Part shown: positions 41,118 to 61,709 of the stretch, piece by piece | How the letters are laid out: every line of letters begins with the position of its first letter | Numbering within the stretch: position 1 is the stretch's first letter | NCBI GenBank assembly: GCA_039096225.1 | Contig: JBBPEB010000018.1 | Coordinates: 1 to 64,000 of the forward strand | Source of the DNA: Blastocystis sp. Blastoise | Lineage: Eukaryota > Protista > Bigyra: Opalinata | Length of the DNA: 64,000 nucleotides | Direction of reading: 5' to 3' | Notes under the pieces: model-generated | The model's database searches: none | What the model saw: the letters and a program-made list of their open reading frames with translations, nothing else | Told to the model about the DNA's origin: nothing | Translations under genes and position numbers: made by a program

Positions 41118-41699
41118 CGTATTGATATGATATAAGAATTTCTATATTGTCTTAAATATGCTTAACTTACACGTTTCATTTAGCATTATATCTTGTAGTT
41201 TTTGTATAAATTATGCTTCTACTATTTGATGATCATGTAGATCTTATAAATATGTATGTCAAACTTATCTTTTGGTTTAGCTTTAACGAATATGTTTTTT
41301 GATTTCCATTGTATCTGTTATAAACTATTTAAACTATTTTTTTATATTATATTTTATAATATAAATATATAATTAATGTAAAACTTAATTAATATTCAAT
41401 TTAAATATAAAACATATCTAGTTTTAATTATTTTTTAATAAAATTAAATTTATATTTAAATAAAATAGTATATTAGTTTATAATATCTAGTACATAGATT
41501 ATTCATTATTTCTAATTTTAAATTGAATATATTATTATTAATACTAGTAGTATAATAATAAATAATGATTTCAAAAACAATAGTATAAGGCAACATGATA
41601 TATTTAGTTATTTATAACATATGAACATAATTTTACTAAAACATAAGATTCTTTTTTAACTCATACAATATTATTACACAAATATGACAGTCTTCTTAT

Positions 41700-42490
41700 T
41701 ATTAATTTATCCTCACATTTTAATCTTTTTATTGTTTTCTTCTTTGGATTTATTCTCCATTCTTGTTTCTATACATGTTTAAAAGTAATATGAAGTACTA
41801 ATATTATTTATAACACTATATATCTTACATTATAATTATAATTATCTTTTCCTTTCACTTCAATACCATTTTTCTATATAGATACAATAGAAATGTTATA
41901 AAAATATGATAAATAAACTTATAAAACATACAGTACGAGTTTCATTTCCTTGGTCTGGCACTTCACTATCAGCTTTAATCATATTAAAATATTTATAAAA
42001 CGTATTATTTTTCTTCTTATCATTCAACGACTTCTTTAAAGTATTAGCTACCATTCTTTTTGATATATTTAAATCACCAGCAAATGTATTTGTGTATAAG
42101 CAACATAATTTATACATTTTTTTAAATAATAAGCTTTCATCCTGTAAAGAAATTGTTCCATCTTTACTAATAAATAAATCAAAACAAAGATTTTGATCTT
42201 CATCACTTAATACATATGATATACATCGTATAACATCCTAAATACAGTATAAAATGACTACAATTATATACGGCAATAAGTTTTGAATTTAGTTTGTAAT
42301 TCGTAATCGTGATTTTTCTTGTAAGACACTCATGGCGCAAACATTCTTCAATGTTAGACGTTAATAAACGATTAGAATTTTCTATATACAATATAATTAT
42401 TTTTTAATATTTACCATTTCCAAGTTCATTTTTTGTGTGACTAATAAAACAATCCAGAGCTTCAATCATTTCTTTGCGAAAAGCCTCCAT
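41700..42490 (-). CDS. Small spliced gene divergent from the transposase; candidate CACTA accessory ORF (3' end approximate)
   Basis: ATG at 42490 (MEAFRKEMIEALDCFISH..); in-frame exons ENSNRLL.. and DVIRCISY..MYKLCCLY..QGNETR. Confidence 0.5.
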
Positions 42491-42564
42491 ACATAAGAAT
42501 TTACTTAAAACAAAATAAAATATTAATGGTTTTTTAAAATTTTTATATAAAAGGTTTTTTCACA

Positions 42565-48907
<6,343 letters not shown>

Positions 48908-48914
48908 GTAGATA

Positions 48915-49022
<108 letters not shown>

Positions 49023-49301
49023 TAGCGGGTGGCATCGGCTTCGCCGATGCTATGTATCTATTAAGTCTATTTCAGTCAATTATTTCTTGTTTTTTGTTAT
49101 TTATTTATTTTCTTTTGATAATGATAAAGAATTATAAACTAAACAATATAAATTTTAAGAATTAATTATTAACAAATAAAAATAAACAAATATACAATTT
49201 AAAATTGAAAATTAACAAAAAGTATTCATAAACAATAAGAAAAATAAGAAAAATTAGAAAATCGAAAAAAATATAAAACAAAATACAACAACAAAAATAA
49301 A

Positions 49302-52300
49302 TTATAATACTCCATTAAATACACAATTTTTCGTAAACCATTCATTACTATTTCTGATTAATTGACCTTGATTAATATTATCATTCTTTATAAACATTTT
49401 TATACCATGAAAAGAACGTACTCTACTTAAAGCAACATATAATTGACCATGACTAAATACAGGTCTTTCTAAATAAATACCTACATTTTGAAATGTTTGA
49501 CCTTGTGATTTATTAATAGTCATAGCAAAAGCTAATCTGACAGGAAATTGTTTTCTACTTAACTTACATGGTAAATCACTATCATCTACTATAAATTTAA
49601 TTCTTGGAATCAATACTATATCTTGTCCTTCTAACATATTATCAGTTCTTACTAATAATTGACTTCTTATTACATTTGGTTTTGTATCTAATACTACTAA
49701 TCTCGTTCCATTACATAATCCTCTCTTTATATCTAAATTTCTTAATAACATAATAACTGAACCTCTTTTCAATTCTAAATCATGAGGTGGACATCCTTGA
49801 GGAATTAAACTATTTAAATATTCTGTACTATAAGCATCTCTTTCATCTATATCTTCTACTTCTTCTGCTAATTCATCATGACTATAATAATGATGAGAAC
49901 TTGATCTTATCATATTTTGAATTCTTTCATTAATTAAAAATGCTTGTTCATTTGTTGCACATAATATACAATTTGAAGCTAATTTCTGTCTATATATATC
50001 TGTATTTGAATCATTAATAAATTCATGAAATATCTCTTCACCTATATTCTCATCACAAATGCATTCTCTTGGAATATGTACTTTATCTTTTGATAATAAT
50101 CTTAATTCATTATTACATCTCTCACCATTTCCTATCTTCAATAAGAATTCTTTAAATTCTATTTCATTTGCATTTGCTCTCATATTTTCTGTTAATTGAA
50201 ATTGATTAAATTCATTCCAAATATCTAAATATTTAATACATAAAGGAACTATATCAGCTTCTTTTCCATGAGCTACTACTGGTAAACATTGTCTAAAATC
50301 TCCACCTAATACTATTGTTTTACCTGCAAATGGAATATCTATCTCATCATTATATAAGAATCTTAATAATCGATCAACTACTTTTAAAGCATATTTAGAA
50401 GCCATAGGAGCTTCATCCCATATTATTATTTTACATTTCTTAATTTGTTCTGCTCTTGGAGATCCTCTTGAAATAGAAGAAGAAGAAGATTCATTTAATT
50501 CAAAAGGTAATCCAAATTGTGAATGAGATGTTTTTCCTCCACATAATAAAGTAGCTGCAATACCTGTCCATGCAACTGCTATCACATCATCTATATTATT
50601 TCTTATTGATTTAATTATTGTATTATAAAGAAATGTTTTTCCAGTTCCTCCTGGTCCATCTATAAAAAACATATTATTTCTATGAGGTTCATTATTATTC
50701 ACTGATTCCATTATTGATTCATATACTCTTCTTTGTCCTTCATTTAATAAACTTATATTTCTTTCTGCTATTCTATGATCTTCTTCAAAATTAATTCCTT
50801 CAGATTCATAATCTATCATATTAGTATTATTATCAAATTGTGGTAAATTAGTACTTTGATATCCTCCATTATGTTTATTTGTATCTATGACACTTCTTAT
50901 ATGATTTAATGCTCTAGGTATACAATATTCTTCTATTATTCTATTCACTTCATTATCTTCTGAATCTAATACATATGCATCTTGTCTATCTATACTTATA
51001 TATTCATTTATATATTGATGAAAGAAATCATCTATCATATCATTCCTATAAGTATTCCAAATAGATAATGGATCAGTAATAGGATAATAAGAACAAAGTA
51101 AACCAAATAATTGTCTTAATTGCCAAGGAGTAGCATCTATTACTTCATTTGCAAGAATATCATAATATTCTGTATCATCTACTAATAATCCTCTTGCTAT
51201 ACAGGATTCTCTATATGTATTATATATTTGGCCTTCATAACATTTTAAATCATCAAAACTTAATGGACGACTTACATGTAATAAAAGTATTCTTAAACAA
51301 AATAAATTATCATTTGTAGGATCTATATAAGGAAGTCTTCCTATTACTTTATTATTTCTTCTTCTATGATTCCATTTCTTTAATTTTGAATCATATGTAT
51401 AATATTTAGGAAATTCTATATAAGTTAAAATAGAGGGTTCATCCATTGTTCCTCTTGATTCTTCATTTATATATAAATCATTCATTTTAAAATATGCTGT
51501 TAACATTGTATCTTGATTCATTATTCTATCTAAAGCTCTTTCTTCATCTCCTTCTACATAATATACAGTTCTATCATTCTCATCATGAATATCTAAAGTA
51601 ATTACACTCACATTACAATACTTTATTGGAAATCCATATATTCTCCACATTGCTTCAGGAGCTGATAAATATCTTCCTTTTAAATAAGATTTCATTTCAT
51701 TTGGTATTTCTATTTCATTTCTATTTGAATTATTTGGATTATTATTATTAGTATTATTATTAGTATTATCTTCTCTTTCTATTTCTGCATTAATAGAATC
51801 ATGTCCTTTAAAAGCATATTTAAATATATATTTAGGACTTCTTACAGAAGAACATACTTCTACATTAATATGGCAACCTATTCTTAATGATAAATATGGA
51901 TTATATGGAACTACCCATCTATTATCTAAAGTATTATTTACATTTGATTGCCTACCTATTACATATACTCTACCATTATCTCTTCTTCTATAATTTGGAT
52001 ATCCATCTTCATTTATTGTAGTTTCATTTCTATATTCTTTTGGAAATTTCTTTGAACAATATTGTTGACCATTTATTTCTTTCATACATTGAGATGTTCT
52101 TGTATGAGGACCATGCATATTCATTGAAGTAATAATTTCATATAATCTTGGATTCTTTATAGGATCAGGAATTTCTGCACATATATAGGAATCTATATCT
52201 TCAGGAGTTCTTAATTTATATTCATTCTCTAAAGTAATTAAAATATGTGCATGAGGCATTCCTCTCTTTTGATATTCTATTGAATAACATAAACATTTTA

Positions 52301-55300
52301 CTTCTCCAAATACTTTAAAGTTTGTTATCAAATGAGTTAAGATTTTCAATTTTATATAAAATACTCTATCTACTATATCAGGTCTCATCCAAGGTTGTTG
52401 ACCTTCTTCTAATGATTCTAAGATTTCTGGCCAATTTGGATTGCAAGTCATGGTTATAAATAAATCTGGTTTACCATAAGCTCTTACAATAGCCATTGTT
52501 TCTAAGTAAGAATTCTTCATATATCGAGGACCACCTACAAAACTTGATGGAATAATAACTGCTTTTCCCATTCTACTTCTTATATATTCATCACTAAATC
52601 CATTTCGTATCATCTCATTCACTGTATCTCTAAATACAGAATATTTCTCAGATCTTAATTTTGTTTGATTATTTGCTATAAATAATAATCTTGAATATTC
52701 TATTTTTGTAGCTGCATCAACCATAAATTGTAATAATAATTTTTCAAATAATAATAAATAATTCTTATGATTAGGATGTCTTGTATATAATAAATAGGAA
52801 TAGAATTCTCTTAATGAAATAGTAGGTATAGTATAAAATTCATTTCCTAAAATATCTAATGGAAATCCTCTTTCTGATCTATTTCTAAAAATTGGAATAA
52901 TTCTCATCGATTTTGAATCATCTCCATTACTATCATTATTCTCTGTATGATTACTATTTATTCTATAATTATTTCTATTATTTAATTCATTTTCTACTTC
53001 TTCTATTATTTCATTCTCATTATTATTATTATTAGTTGAATTTGAAATATTTCTATTATTATTATTATTATTTTGACGATTTAAATGTAATTCAGAATTA
53101 CGTATAATATTAGAAGTAGATTCTAAACTCCATAATGGTAATCCATAAGGAAACATTAATGGATATATTAAAGGATCACAAAAAGGATTATTATAACTAA
53201 GATTTGTTATTTGTTGTTCTGATATATTTTCATTATTATTTTCATTTTCATTTTCAATTTCATTATTACTATTATTTCTTCTTCTTCTTCTTGGATAACA
53301 TGAAAGATTAATATTTGGTAAACCTTCATCATTTTGTTTTGGTATAATCATAGCTATTTCATTTGTTGTAGTAGGAGCATTAAATCTTCTTCTATCATCA
53401 TAATTACTTATTTTAAATTGTAATTTTAAATTTACTTGTGAATAAGTAGTATTATTTATTCTTCTTGATTCTGTTACTTGTTCATGTAATGTTTTAAAAG
53501 ATTCATATATTTTATTATTATTTCTTATCATAGAATCAATACTTAATAATAAATCAGAAGATAATTCTGAAAACATACTATTTCCATTTCGAATATGAAG
53601 AGCTTCTTCTTCATCATAAATATATATTTGATTAAAAGAAGGAGGAGAATTATCAGAAGGATATAAATCACTCATAGAATGATATACATTACCATGAACT
53701 CTATAAAAATATGGTCCTGGACCATTCATTCTTGTTACTACATTAGAACATGACATAGAAGCAAAAGCAAAAGCATTATTATATCTTCTTATCTCATTTC
53801 TAAATAATTTATTATTTGGTGTTTGACTCTTTAATTGATTTAATAATTCATTTGGAAGATTTATAGGTGATTCTACTTTCACTTTCCCATTATTACAACA
53901 CATTGTATAATTTGAATTTCTTGTAATGATATAATCATGATCTCCTTCATAGTATTCAAATTGTATTCTTGAATCATTAATTAAATTAATGTATTTTTTA
54001 TATGTAGAATTTTTTGTGATATAAAAGTTTGTTTTTTCTGCTTCAAAATGAAGAGCTTCACAATGAATACAAACGTGATTCATTTTACCTATATTATAAT
54101 ATTCATATTTATTATTTCCTTGAATATCTCTTTCATTCTCTTCTATTATTTGTTCTCCATTTCCTATACATAATATAATAATAGTTTTATTATCATAAAG
54201 AAAGAATTATAAAAATGATATAATATTAAGCATACTTAATTTAATACATGCTTCACAATTTTCAAATCTTATCACAATAGGAATATTGCTATTATTTTCT
54301 TCATTATTATTTTCATTTTGATTATCTATATCTATATCGTTATTATTTGTAGAGTTTATTGGTTCTATTTGCAAAATAGGATTATTAGTAGTATTAGAAG
54401 GAATAATAGGTGTGAAATCACTATCTGTACTTGAATCATTATCTGAAGTAGAAGAATCAAAACTAATTCTTCTTCTATGATTATTTATATTTGTTGATAA
54501 TAAATTATTATTATTAGGATTTTGAATGGGAGATATTTGATAATAATTTAATATATCTAATATTGATGATCTTGGTAAAGGAGGAATAATAGAATGATTA
54601 TTATTACTATTATGAGAAGAAGAAGAAGAATTAATAATTCTTGAATCAAGAGGAGATAATCTAGGAGGTGTTATAATGAGAGAAGTAGAAGGAGATACTA
54701 TTTGATTATTTGTATTAGAATTTGGTGTATTATATATAGTTGGAGTATTAATATTATTGATCATATTATTATCTGAAAGTATATCATTATTGTGTTGATT
54801 ATGTAAAGGAGTTACAGGATTATTTAATATTATAGGTTGTGTATTATCATTTGTTTCATTATTTTCAAAAATAAAAGTAGAATTAAAACTATCATCAATT
54901 ATTGATTGAGATATACTTTCATTATTATTATTTATTTCAGATTCTATAAAATTTGTTTCATTAATTAAAGTTTCAGATATATTTTCGTTATTTAAACTTG
55001 TATTATTATTAGAATCTGGCTCTATTAAATTGATTTCATTAATTAATGTTTCGATTGTGTTATTATTATATGAATTTGTATTATTACTTTGAGTTGAAGT
55101 ATTATCTGAAATAGGAGAAGAAGAAGAAGAAGATATAGTTGCTATATTGTTTAGTTGTATTGGGTGTTGTTCAGTTACTATTTCTTCATTATTTAAAGAA
55201 TTATTTGTATTGAATAATGAATTGTCTTGATTAAAAGCATTTTGATTTTCGTTTAATATTTGGTCATTAATCCTTTTAGATTTGTGGGTATTCAAAAAAT

Positions 55301-55330
55301 TCCCAAATATATCTCTTCTCTTAAGAGAAT
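49302..55330 (-). CDS. Helitron RepHel transposase, second family, with spliced Asn-rich N-terminal exon(s)
   Basis: CIHCEALHF..CCNNGKV; PDLFITMTCNP; IEYQKRGMPHAHIL; KYIFKYAFKG; DGPGGTGKT; IIWDEAPM; FAMTINKSQGQT; HGQLYVALSR; 1593-aa uninterrupted ORF. Confidence 0.95.
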
Positions 55331-55582
55331 TAAATCGCTTTCTTTTGTTTCCTATAGTATTATATATTATTAGTTTTATATATAAGATTTTATTAATTAA
55401 ATAATATTAATATTTGTAAACATATATATATAAAATATTTTTTTTTTTTAATAATTTAAAAATAAAATATTTAACTAAACAAAATATAATATAAAAGAAT
55501 AAATAATTAAAGAAAGAAATAAAATAATACAAAACAACAAAATATTTATAAGCAAAAACAAAAAAAAAATTTAAAAAACTCC

Positions 55583-56083
55583 TTAATAATATTCAGGAGA
55601 AGAAACAGGATAAACAGGAGAAGTAGGAGGTGAAACCCTTTCATCATAATAAGGAGGACTTGAGAGATCCTCGTCACTTTCATTCTCCTGATTATTATTT
55701 AAAGTAACTATCAAGTCATAATAGAATTTAAATAATAAAAATATTTACCTTGATTTGTTGGACATGTTGAAAATCTGTTTTTATTTGCAAAAAGAGTTGT
55801 GTTGTCTTTAAATATAAATTTATTTGTTATTTCTGAGTCTGTAGTTCCTATATATATTTTAGGTTGTTTTCACATCAAAACATACCTTCACAATTAATAG
55901 TAAACAGATTACTATTAAAAAGTATTTTTTCAAGGGTGTTTTTGTAGTTATTATTATCTAAAGACGAAACAATAAAAATATTTTTATTATTTTATTAGAC
56001 AATAATATACCTTTGTCTCCCTTGTTGTTAAGACAAAAGCAAGATGTATGAAACTCAAAAGTATTTTCAACTCTTTTACAATC
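55583..56083 (-). CDS. Four in-frame phase-1 exons (DCKRVENTF.., DNNNYKNT.., GTTDSEIT.., VTLNNNQE..SPEYY*); a separate cargo gene or the 3' part of the microexon gene
   Basis: TAG|..|GTA boundaries, open in one frame to TAA at 55583-55585; start not identified. Confidence 0.5.
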
Positions 56084-56539
56084 TATATATATGATAATAT
56101 ATTTTGTAAGTTAATGAAAATATTTTCGAGATCAAACATATCAAAAACAAAAGTGTGTAACATTAATTTGCCATAACAAATAAGTTACAACACAGAACCA
56201 AAACAAACACATCAAAAAATATAAAACAGCAATATGATATTTGATATCTTCTATTCAAATTAATTAATATATTAAATACTATTTAAGTTTATAAACTTTA
56301 AACTATATAAAGAGACATCATGAACTTTAATAAAGCAGAGTCGGGCATTTTATATAGGTTAAACTTAAATAATAAATAATTTAAATTAATTAAAATAAAA
56401 GAATAACAAAAATAATAAAAGCTGTTAAATATTTAATGATATAAGAAATAAAAATAGAAAAAGAAGAAAAATTAAAAAGTTAAAAAAAAAATATAAACTA
56501 ATATAAAAAAGAATAAACAACAAAGCAACAAACAAAACT

Positions 56540-57240
56540 AAAAACAAAAAACAATAAAGAAAGATTTACTTTTTATATTTATATTAAAAAGGCCAGATAC
56601 ACTACTTGTTTTGCTTTTTTTTGGCTTTACTCCATTATTATTTAAATCTAAAAAAATAATATATATAGTTATAATATAAAATACCTTTCAATTTAATTTC
56701 ATTATTATGTTTTTTAGAGCCACTCTTTGAGAGAGTGCGGCGATTTTCTATAAATATAAATATAAATATAAATATAAATATATACTCTTCATTAGGGAAT
56801 GTTTTGATCGTTTGCATTCAGCTATATATATAGTATAGTATATATATATATATTAGTATATAATATATATGCATATACCATTATTTGAAGTATGATTCAA
56901 TTCATTATCTATATATATAGTGTTGATATATAATGTTATATATATATACCTTCGGTCAATGGTTTTGATCCTGAATCTATATATATATTATAATATGATA
57001 TAACATAATATAATATTATATATACATTGAATCAATGGTTTTAATCCTGAATCTATATATATAATAAGTATAATATAATATAATATAATATAATATAATA
57101 TATACCTTGAGTCAACGACTTTGATCCTGAATCTATATATATAATATAATGTAATATAATACATATATATAATATTATATATATATATACCTTGAGTCAA
57201 TAGCTTTGATCGTGAATCTATATATATAATAAGTATAATA

Positions 57241-57296
<56 letters not shown>

Positions 57297-57462
57297 GAGT
57301 CAATAGTTTTGATCGTGAATCTATATTTATAATAAGTATAATATTATATTATATATATATATATACCTTGAGTCAATAGTTTTGATCCTGAATCTATATA
57401 TATAATAAGTATAATATAATATAATCTAATATATACCTTGAATCGACGGTTTTAATCTTGAA

Positions 57463-57497
<35 letters not shown>

Positions 57498-57706
57498 ACC
57501 TTCACTCGATTGTTTTAATCCTGAATCTAGATATATAATATAATATAATATAATATAATATTATATATATATACCTTGAGTCAATAGCTTTGATCCTGAA
57601 TCTATATATATAATATAATATAATATAATATAATATAATATTATATATATATATACCTTGAGTCAATAGCTTTGATCGTGAATCTATATATATAATAAGT
57701 ATAATA

Positions 57707-57760
<54 letters not shown>

Positions 57761-57853
57761 GAGTCAATAGCTTTGATCCTGAATCTATATATATAATAAG
57801 TATAATATAATATAATCTAATATATACCTTGAATCGACGGTTTTAATCTTGAA

Positions 57854-57890
<37 letters not shown>

Positions 57891-60800
57891 ACCTTCACTC
57901 GATTGTTTTAATCCTGAATCTAGATATATTATATAATATCATTACTATATATATGAGAATAGGCAAAAAAATTCCCATTGGTCAGTTTTTGGAAAATTCA
58001 TTTGATTGGCTACTATATACTCAAGTTTGTACCCACAACTCCTCTAAACTTACGGGGAGTTAACTTTTCGTTGAAACACAGTTCAATAGGATATAACATG
58101 TAGTTGTGCACCATATATTTGGTTAAGCGATATTATTTATATTTAAAAAGTTATTAATAAAAGAACAGAAAACATGATTTTTGAGTCGTTTTTGATTGGC
58201 TCTTTGGGATCATCCCGATAAAAATTGTTGACCAGACAATTGAAAAATAAACATGGGGTAAACTTGATTTTTTCTCAATCCCACAATATACGTTATCCGT
58301 GTTTATTCTTTATATTTATCTATTTTTTAATACTTTTTCATATTGAACACGTGAGGCCTTAACGGTCAAATTTAGATTCTTATTTTGACATGATATTCTG
58401 ATTCAGGAGGTCAAAAAACCTAGGTGTGCCAATTTTGAGCTCCTGAGGACGATTTTTGAGTGATCGATATTTTCTTCGATCTTCTTATAATGGACTAATA
58501 TTGTATCATAGTAATCAATAGGTCCTCAAACTACTATAGTTAAAACAAAGTTTTAAAATAATGAGTTTGAGTGTCACAATTTTGAAAAATGTGAATTAAG
58601 TGGTCTTAGAGTGAGAGATTCAATATAATGACTTTTATTTAGTAAACTAAAGATAATACTCTATTCTATGTCAAAAGAAGAGTCAAAATTATGAAGGTCA
58701 AAGTGTATATGACCAAATGACAAAATGTGTCTTAAAAAGTAAAAGGGTTTATATATGTGTTTCGAATCATATATTAAGTATATTCTATGAATAAGAGCTT
58801 TAAATAAATAGTTTAAGGTTGTCAAATTTCAAAGAATGTGTAAAACATAGTCTTAGACTTTGAATAAAAAATTTAGAGATATTAATTAGTGTACAGCTGT
58901 AGTAGCTCTACAACATATCAAAAGTACAAAGAAAATAATTTTTAGAGAGTGGATGTGTGAAGGGTTGTGACTATTATTTAAAATTTATTTTTACTTCAGT
59001 TTATATAAAATCGTGAATTTCGTGCACTGTAGAAAAATTGAGTCAAAAAGTCAACTCTAAGGGTCTTAAATTTAAAAAAATGTAAAAATGAGTGACTTAG
59101 AGGACGAGATTCAAAATAAGAGCTTTTATTCATTAAACTAGAGTGTATGATCTATATTATGTTAAAAGGAGGGACAAAAATATTTTGGTCGAAGTGTATG
59201 ACCAAATGGTAAAGTCTTCTTAATAAGTCTAAAGTGTTGACTAATGTGATTATAGAGTCATATAAAGTCTACTATGTGAATATTAGCTTTTAAAAATGTG
59301 TTTAAGTCTTTCAATTAGTAAAAATATGTTTAAAGAGAGTCATAAAATGAGAGTTTTAAGAAACGAGATATTGTTCAGTATACACTAAGAGACACTCTAC
59401 AACATATCAAAAATATAGCAAAATCTATTTTTAGAGACTGCATGTGTAAAGGGTTGTGAGAGTTATTGAAAAAATATTTTTACTTCAGTTTGTGCAAAAT
59501 CGTGTTTTTGGAACACTGTAGAAAAATTAACTTCAAAAATCAACTCTAAGGGTCTTAATTTTTAAAAATGTGAAAATGTTTGACTTAGAGGACGAGATTC
59601 AAAATTCCATCTCACTTTCATATAACTAGACCACACAGTCTATATTATATCAAAAGGAGGGACGAAAATATTTTGGTCAAAGTAAATGAGCAAATGCAAA
59701 AGGTTTACGAAATGTCTTAAAGTGATGACCAATGTGTAGCTATGGTATTATTAAGTATAGTGTGTAAATATTAGCTTATAAAAATGAATTTAAGTGTGTC
59801 AACTTTTCATAATGTGTCAAAAAGGGTCTTTAAGAAAGAGATTCAAAACATTTACTTTTATTTAATAAATAGTATGATAAACTCTATACTATATCAAAAG
59901 ACTGACGGAAACTGTTTTGATACAGTGGATCTTGAATGGGTAAAGTCTATTTAAAAGTCACTTTTTCGAGTCATTTATGATTAAAATAAGTATTTGAGAC
60001 AACTGAAGAAATATTAACTTTTTAAACCATGTTTTATTAGTCAAAGTTAGAATGAATGCTGACTTTGTTATGATTAAAGCTTTCTAATTCTTTTAAAAAG
60101 TATGAAAATGAGTTTAAATCATTATATTACGTTTATTTAAATAACTTTTATGAATTAAAAATACTTCAGAGTTCTTCACATTGTGACTCATTTCTAAAGT
60201 TATTGACTTTAAAAACTCACAAAATGTTTAAAACAGTTGTTTAATTATTAATAAATACAAAATATATTTTAAAAATAATAAATAATATGTATAATGATTC
60301 AAAATAGTTTTTTAATTTTCTTTCAAGTATTGTTTTTAGTTTTTTTGATATCATTTAAAGAATTTATTTAATTCTTATATCAGGAATTGAACCTGATTAC
60401 AATCAATAAATGATTGTAACTCTCCATATAGAGTATAAGAAGTGTTATTAAAGTAATATATAATATATAATATATAATATATAATATATAATATATAATA
60501 TATAATATATAATATATAATATATAATATATTATATATTATATAATATATAATATATAATATATAATAGATAATAAATAATAATATATAATAGATAATAT
60601 ATAATAATGAAAAAAAGAAAATAAAAGCCAAACTGTTATTATTTTATGCAGCCGCGGTCCGGTGCCGTTAGGCCCCGGACCTGCGGCGTGACCCTAGTAA
60701 TATAATATAATATTATATATATATACCTTGAGTCAATAGCTTTGATCCTGAATCTATATATATAATATAATATAATATAATATAATATAATATTATATAT

Positions 60801-60899
60801 ATATATACCTTGAGTCAATAGCTTTGATCCTGAATCTATATATATAATAAGTATAATATAATATAATCTAATATATACCTTGAATCGACGGTTTTAATC

Positions 60900-60963
<64 letters not shown>

Positions 60964-61259
60964 ACCTTCACTCGATTGTTTTAATCCTGAATCTAGATAT
61001 ATAATATAATATAATATAATATAATATTATATATATATACCTTGAGTCAATAGCTTTGATCCTGAATCTATATATATAATATAATATAATATAATATAAT
61101 ATAATATTATATATATATATACCTTGAGTCAATAGCTTTGATCGTGAATCTATATATATAATAAGTATAATATAATATTATATATATATATATATATATA
61201 TACCTTGAGTCAATAGTTTTTATCCTGAATCTATATATATAATATAATATAATATAATA

Positions 61260-61297
<38 letters not shown>

Positions 61298-61353
61298 GAG
61301 TCAATAGTTTTGATCCTGAATCTATATATATAATATAATATAATATAATATAA

Positions 61354-61390
<37 letters not shown>

Positions 61391-61530
61391 GAGTCAATAG
61401 TTTTGATCTTGAATCTATATATATATATATATATAATATAATAGATTATAATAGAATATAATAGATTATAATAGAATATAATATAATATTATATATATAT
61501 ATACCTTGAGTCAATAGCTTTGATCGTGAA

Positions 61531-61580
<50 letters not shown>

Positions 61581-61665
61581 ATAATAGAATATAATAGAAT
61601 ATAATAGAATATAATAGAATATAGCATATATATACCTTGAGTTAATAGCTTTGATCCTGAATCTA
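56540..61665 (-). CDS. Microexon-array gene: 24 x 27-nt phase-1 exons (DSGSKLLTQ-like nonapeptides) plus unique basic 3' exons; 5' part beyond the A insertion at 61710
   Basis: Repeated TATAG|ATTCAGGATCAAAGCTATTGACTCAAG|GTATA; downstream exons (NELNHTSNN, ECKRSKHSLMK, KNRRTLSKSGSKK, DLNNNGVKPKKSK) stay in frame. Confidence 0.65.
57939..60697 (+). mobile_element. Complete non-autonomous Helitron A2 inserted in an intron of the microexon array
   Basis: A|TCATTAC...GCCGCGGTCCGGTGCCGTTAGGCCCCGGACCTGCGGCGTGACCCTAG|T; highly similar to 13342-16428. Confidence 0.92.
60372..60441 (-). ncRNA. tRNA-like cloverleaf (version A2)
   Basis: Same sequence as 15773-15842. Confidence 0.65.
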
Positions 61666-61709
61666 TATATATATATATATATAATAGAATAGAATATAAT
61701 AGAATATAA

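Noticed and set aside
56950-61665. CRISPR-like repeat-spacer array
   Set aside because: The spacers are TA microsatellites of variable length, the repeats are bounded by splice signals and in frame, the context is eukaryotic, and there are no cas genes.
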